Source of the DNA: a virus
Lineage: Duplodnaviria > Caudoviricetes
Strand: one strand, 5' to 3'
Virus record (IMG/VR): IMGVR_UViG_3300029286_000065
Span: 1 to 48,238 of that record
Length of the DNA stretch: 48,238 nt
In this document: positions 46,256 through 48,238 of the stretch, one piece after another
Layout: every line of letters begins with the position of its first letter
Numbering within the stretch: the stretch's first letter is position 1
Made by a program: the position numbers and the translations under genes
The notes under the pieces: generated by a model
What the model saw: the letters and a program-made list of their open reading frames with translations, nothing else
Databases searched by the model: none
Told to the model about the DNA's origin: nothing

Positions 46256-48061
46256 ATGCAATGGAGAGAACCTAATGAAAAAGGTAAACAATTAGAAGAT
46301 CATAGTATCAAACAAATAAAATTAGATTTATCTCATCCAACATTTTTTGATTCTAATTCTGCAGCCACAGTTTTGTATGTTAATCAATTGTATTTTTCTG
46401 GGATTACTAGTGGAATAACATCTGGTACATCTGGTACATCTGGTACATCTGGTTCATCTGGTGTTGATGGAATTTTTTATGGTTCTTCCGGTTTTAGTGG
46501 AAGTTCAGGAACTGGTGGAAGTTCAGGGACTGGTGGAAGCTCTGGAACTAGTGGAAGTTCGGGTAAAACTGGTAGAAATGGTATCGATGGTAAAAAAGGT
46601 AGCCATGGAACAAGTGGTGAAACTGGAAGTTCTGGTTATGATGGAACCAGTGGAACATCAGGTCAAGATGGGACCAGTGGAACATCAGGTCAAGATGGGA
46701 CCAGTGGAACATCAGGTCAAGATGGGACCAGTGGAACATCTGGTCAAGATGGTCAAGATGGAAGTAGTGGAATATCCGGAACATCAGCAACGAGTGGAAG
46801 TTCAGGAACCAGTGGAACATCGGCAACATCGGGAACGAGTGGAAGTTCAGGAACCAGTGGAACATCGGCAACATCGGGAACCAGTGGAACATCTGGTCAA
46901 GATGGAACCAGTGGAACATCTGGTCAAAATGGAACTAGTGGAACATCTGGTCAAGATGGAACTAGTGGAACATCAGGTCAAGATGGGACCAGTGGAACAT
47001 CTGGTCAAGATGGAAGTAGTGGAACATCTGGTCAAGATGGAAGTAGTGGAACATCCGGTCAAGATGGAAGTTCAGGAACCAGTGGAACATCAGGTCAAGA
47101 TGGAACCAGTGGAACATCTGGTCAAGATGGAACCAGTGGAACATCTGGTCAAGATGGTCAAGATGGAAGTAATGGAACTAGTGGAACATCAGCAACAAGT
47201 GGAAGTTCGGGAACCAGTGGAACATCAGCAACATCGGGAACTAGTGGAACATCAGCAACATCGGGAACCAGTGGAACATCTGGTCAAGATGGAAGTAGTG
47301 GAACATCCGGTCAAGATGGAACTAGTGGAACATCAGGCCAAGATGGAACCAGTGGAACATCTGGTCAAGATGGTCAAGATGGAAATAATGGAACTAGTGG
47401 AACATCAGCAACAAGTGGAAGTTCAGGAACCAGTGGAACATCAGCAACATCGGGAACTAGTGGAACATCAGCAACATCGGGAACCAGTGGAACATCCGGT
47501 CAAGATGGAAGTAGTGGAACATCCGGTCAAGATGGAAGTAGTGGAACATCCGGTCAAGATGGAACCAGTGGAACATCTGGTCAAGATGGAAGTAGTGGAA
47601 CATCCGGTCAAGATGGAAGTAGTGGAACATCCGGAACATCAGCAACATCGGGAAGTTCGGGAACCAGTGGAACATCAGCAACATCGGGAAGTTCGGGAAC
47701 CAGTGGAACATCAGCAACATCGGGAAGTTCGGGAACCAGTGGAACATCCGGAACGGCAACATCGGGAAGTTCGGGTACTAGTGGAACATCAGCAACATCA
47801 GGTAGTAGTGGAACATCCGGAACATCAGCAACAAGTGGAAGTTCAGGAACCAGTGGAAAAGCTGGAAGTTCTGGAACATCAGGTACTAGTGGAACATCAG
47901 CAACATCTGGAACTAGTGGGACATCTGGAACATCGGGAAGTTCGGGAACCAGTGGAACATCCGGAACATCAGCAACCAGTGGAAGTTCAGGAACCAGTGG
48001 AAAAGCTGGAAGTTCTGGAACCAGTGGAACATCCGGAACATCAGCAACAAGTTTTATATGA
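46256..48061 (+). CDS. Collagen-like (Gly-X-Y; GTS/GSS/GQD) fibre protein, apparently truncated or frameshifted
   Basis: About 540 aa of triplet repeats; stops 2 codons after the last repeat while a globular domain continues in the +1 frame. Confidence 0.75.
   Translation: MQWREPNEKGKQLEDHSIKQIKLDLSHPTFFDSNSAATVLYVNQLYFSGITSGITSGTSGTSGTSGSSGVDGIFYGSSGFSGSSGTGGSSGTGGSSGTSGSSGKTGRNGIDGKKGSHGTSGETGSSGYDGTSGTSGQDGTSGTSGQDGTSGTSGQDGTSGTSGQDGQDGSSGISGTSATSGSSGTSGTSATSGTSGSSGTSGTSATSGTSGTSGQDGTSGTSGQNGTSGTSGQDGTSGTSGQDGTSGTSGQDGSSGTSGQDGSSGTSGQDGSSGTSGTSGQDGTSGTSGQDGTSGTSGQDGQDGSNGTSGTSATSGSSGTSGTSATSGTSGTSATSGTSGTSGQDGSSGTSGQDGTSGTSGQDGTSGTSGQDGQDGNNGTSGTSATSGSSGTSGTSATSGTSGTSATSGTSGTSGQDGSSGTSGQDGSSGTSGQDGTSGTSGQDGSSGTSGQDGSSGTSGTSATSGSSGTSGTSATSGSSGTSGTSATSGSSGTSGTSGTATSGSSGTSGTSATSGSSGTSGTSATSGSSGTSGKAGSSGTSGTSGTSATSGTSGTSGTSGSSGTSGTSGTSATSGSSGTSGKAGSSGTSGTSGTSATSFI
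46424..48052 (+). repeat. Coding 9-bp-unit and higher-order tandem repeats
   Basis: GGAACCAGT, GGAACATCN, GGTCAAGAT and GCAACATCG units with duplicated larger blocks. Confidence 0.9.
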
Positions 48062-48238
48062 TACTAGTGAGTCTAATTATACTCAAGGTAATTCAGGTCA
48101 AATAAAAGATTTTACTGCTACAACTGGAGATAAATTAAGTTCTGTATCTGGATTTACTGCGGTGACTAATGGAATTCGTGCTCAATTTAGAGAAATTGCT
48201 AAAAATCGTGGAACTGGATGGAGACAGATGGATTATGA
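48051..48238 (+). CDS. Partial tail-fibre globular domain in the +1 frame, running off the window
   Basis: Hand-read [62 protein letters not shown]; no convincing start of its own. Confidence 0.55.

Noticed and set aside
46424-48052. CRISPR-like array, and the antisense ORFs 46548-46919, 46962-47144 and 47457-47762
   Set aside because: The repeats are Gly-X-Y codons and the antisense ORFs are shadows of them
1-48238. Alternative genetic code (TAG or TGA reassignment), as seen in some large phages
   Set aside because: Core genes are full length in code 11, TAG and TGA end genes at sensible places (10061, 25972, 42682), and the broken genes are frameshifts rather than in-frame stops
1-48238. 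Complete DGR (RT, template repeat, accessory gene), tRNAs, rRNAs, integrase
   Set aside because: No RT motifs, no AAC-rich template copy, and no cloverleaf or recombinase motifs recognised by eye

Overview
A very AT-rich segment of a large T4-superfamily-like (probably jumbo) dsDNA phage genome, read in the standard genetic code. All product calls come from motif recognition only; no searches were run. (1) Head-morphogenesis core: gp55-like late sigma factor, gp4-like head-completion nuclease, gp2-like end protector, gp20-like portal, a fused gp21 protease/gp22-like scaffold with twelve 14-aa repeats, and a gp23-like major capsid protein (MCP). Four free-standing homing-endonuclease-like genes interrupt and flank this core. 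(2) Minus-strand early/replication block: MazG-like/NadD fusion, YqeY, cyclic-phosphate receiver domain, sliding clamp, primase. (3) Roughly 14 kb of small accessory genes. (4) A gp14-like neck protein and tail-fibre/collagen-like structural genes. The main signals are these. About 17 mostly unrelated proteins share an N-terminal K-x-[FY]-x-x-F-[ILV]-x-E-like leader resembling the T4 internal-protein capsid-targeting sequence, which suggests a large capsid-packaged, injected effector arsenal including ADP-ribosyltransferase-like, HAD and DGR-type lectin proteins. A 167-aa miniature MCP paralog keeps four colinear MCP blocks. One tagged protein ends in a DGR-variable-region-like segment. A TAATATATA motif sits upstream of late genes, and there is a GC-rich structured intergenic element. 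TAnnTTTG motifs and scarce Shine-Dalgarno sites hint at a Bacteroidota host.
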